Below are positions 61,566-64,000 of a stretch of 64,000 bases of DNA, piece after piece. The DNA is from Squalus acanthias. Taxonomy: Eukaryota. The translations under genes and the position numbers were made by a program. Every line of letters begins with the position of its first letter. The stretch's first letter is position 1. Below the pieces are notes generated by a model. That model made no database searches, was not told the origin of the DNA, and saw only the letters and a list, made by a program, of their open reading frames with translations. The stretch is from the NCBI GenBank assembly GCA_030390025.1, contig CM059432.1, forward strand, positions 48,238,001 to 48,302,000. The letters run 5' to 3'.

Positions 61566-64000
61566 TCCCATTGACTTCAGTTTTACTCGGGCTCCTTGAT
61601 GCCACACTCGGTCAAATGTTGCCTTGACGTCAAGGGCAGTCACTCTCACCTCACCTCTGGAATTCAGCTCTTTTATCCATGTTTGAACCAAGGCTGTAAT
61701 GAGGTCTGGAGCCGAGTGGTCCTGGTGGAACCCAAACTGAGCATCAGTGAGCAGGTTATTGGTGAGTAAGTGGTGCTTGATAGCACTGTCGACAACACCT
61801 TCCATCACTTTGCTGACGATTAAGAGTAGACTGGGGTGGTAATTGACCGGATTGGATTTGTCCTGCTTTTTGTGGACAGGAAATACCTGGGCAGTTTTCC
61901 ACATTGTCGGATAGATGCCAGTGTTGTAGCTGCACTGGAACAGCTTGGCTAGAGGTGCGGCTAGTTCTGGAGCACAAGTGTTCAGCACGACAGCTGGGAT
62001 GTTGTCGGGGCCCATAGCCTTTGTTGTATCCAGTGCGCTCAACCGTTTCCTGATATCACGTGGTGTGAATCGAATTGGCTGAAGACTAGCTTCTGTGATG
62101 GTGAGAACCTCAGGAGGAGGCCGATATGGATCATCCACTCGGCACTTCTGGCTGAAGCTGGTTGCAAACGCTTCAGCCTTGTCTTTTGCACTCGTGTGCT
62201 GGACTCCGCCATCATTGAGGATGGGGATATTCATGGAGCCTCCTCCTCCCGTTAGTTGTGTAATTGTCCACCACCATTGACGACTGGATGTGGCAGGACT
62301 GCAGAGCTTTGATCTGGTCCGTTGATTATGGGATCGCTTAGCCCTGTCTATAGCATGCTGCTTCCACTGTTTAGCATGCACGTAGTCCTGTGTTGCAGCT
62401 TCCCCAGGTTGGCACCTGATTTTTAGGTACGCCTGGTGCTGCTCCTGGCATGATCTTCTGCACTCATTGAACCAGGGTTGGTCCTCTGGCTTGATGGTAA
62501 TGGTAGAGTGAGGGATATGCTGGGTGATGAGGTTATAGATTGTGGTGGAATACAATTCTGCTGCTGCTGATGGCCCACAGCACCTCATGGATGCCCAGTT
62601 TTGAGCTGCTAGATCTGTTCTGAATCTATTCCATTTAGTATGGTGGTAGTGCCACACAACACAATGGAGGGCGTCCTCAGTGTGAAGACGGGACTTCGTC
62701 TCCACAAGGACTGTGCAGTGGTCACTGCTACCAATGCTTTCATGGACAGATGCATATGTACCAGGTAGATTGGTGAAGACAAAGTAAGTTTTTCCCTTGT
62801 GTTGGTTCTCTCACCACCTGCCCCAGGCCCAGTCTGGCAGCTATGTCCTTCAGGACTCGGCCAGCTCAGTCAGTAGTGGTGCTACCAAGCCACTCTTGGT
62901 GATGGACATTGCAGTCCCCCACCCAGAGTACATTTTGTGCCCTTGCTACCCTCAGTGCTTCTTCCAAGTGGTGTTCAACTTGGAGGAGTACTGATTCATC
63001 AGCTGAGGGAGGCGGTAATTGGTAATCAGCGGGTGGTTTCCTTGCCTATGCTTGACCTTCATGAGTTCCGGAGTCAATGCTGAGGACTCCCAGGGCCACT
63101 CACAACTCTATACCACTGTACCGCAACCTCTGCTGGATCTGTCCTGCCGGTGGGACAAGATGGTGCTGGAGGAGTCCGGGACATTGGCTGAAAGGTATGA
63201 TTCTGAGAGTATGACTATGTCAAGCTGTTGCTTGACTAGTCAGTGGGACAGCTCTCCCAATTTTGGCACAAGTCCCCCGATGTTAGTGAGGAGGACTTTG
63301 CAGGGTTGACCGGGCTGGGTGTGCCGTGTGAAGCCAATGCTGGATGGTCTATCCGGTTTTATATTCATTATTGTTTTTTGCAGCGGTTTGTTCAGTGGCT
63401 TGCTAGGTCATTTCAGAGGGCAGTTATGAGCCAACCATATTGCTGTGGGTCTGGAGTCACATATAGGCCAGACCAGGTAAGAACGGCAGATTTCCTTCCT
63501 TAAAGGACATTAGTGAACCAGATGGGTTTTTACGACAATCCGATAGTTTCATGGCTACCATTACTGATACTAGCTTTTTATTTCAGATTTATTTAATTAA
63601 CTGAGTTTAAATTCCCCAGCTCCCGTGGTGGGATTTGAACTCAAGTCTTGGGATCATTAGTTCTGGCCTCTGGATTACTTGTCCAGTAATATGCTTTGTT
63701 ATTTTCTATGTTTCGAAGATCATTATGAAATAAATTGGAATTCTCTGTAATTGTTACTCTGTTCACGTATTATTTGTAAAATAAATTAACTTATTGGTTT
63801 ATGATTGGCCTGTTCTCGCTAAAAAAATCTGCCTTTTGGGAGAATCGCAGGTGTTGACATATGTAAGTTTATAGTATCTAGTTGAAATAACAAACAATGT
63901 CAATGTTTGGGCCACCCTTGCGTCACGCAATCGGATGACTAGATATTGGACAGTAAAGGTAAACTTCTAATGATAAGGGACACGGGATCTGCCTATGAGA

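Larger units (their letters stand above)
57245..63690 (-). mobile_element. Long LINE copy (CR1/L2 group, second family), interrupted by a SINE and a CR1
   Basis: APE/RT fragments at 61570-63300 (ORF 61527-62705) rejoin the RT/3' end at 57245-58808 once inserts are removed. Confidence 0.85.

Noticed and set aside
1..64000. Prokaryotic systems (CRISPR array, retron, operons)
   Set aside because: No repeat-spacer array or operon-like gene packing; all RTs are eukaryotic retroelement types and the host gene has spliceosomal introns.

Overview
Eukaryotic, repeat-dominated vertebrate DNA, most likely a cartilaginous fish (shark/ray), judged from HE1/V-SINE-like and DeuSINE-like SINEs, CR1 LINEs and Harbinger elements. 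One host gene is clearly recognisable: RBIS (C8orf59, ribosomal biogenesis factor). It has three coding exons on + (38028-38141, 48269-48385, 49343-49411; 99 aa) and a possible CpG-rich promoter near 33.9-34.2 kb. A second, unrecognised small spliced gene may lie convergently on the minus strand (55341-55248 + 50645-50479; 86 aa; polyA signal 50341-50346). The rest is nested transposons: a Penelope element with an open RT + GIY-YIG ORF and a minimal hammerhead motif, a Tx1 LINE fragment, a near full-length CR1 nested in another CR1, a second LINE family, Harbinger remnants and MITEs, and SINEs. The most unusual structure is a pair of very long (1.66-1.69 kb) solo LTRs of one family. Each has TG...CA ends and its own 4-bp target duplication, and they are inserted in inverted orientation 0.67 kb apart. 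All family assignments are from motif recognition by eye; boundaries of old repeats are approximate.
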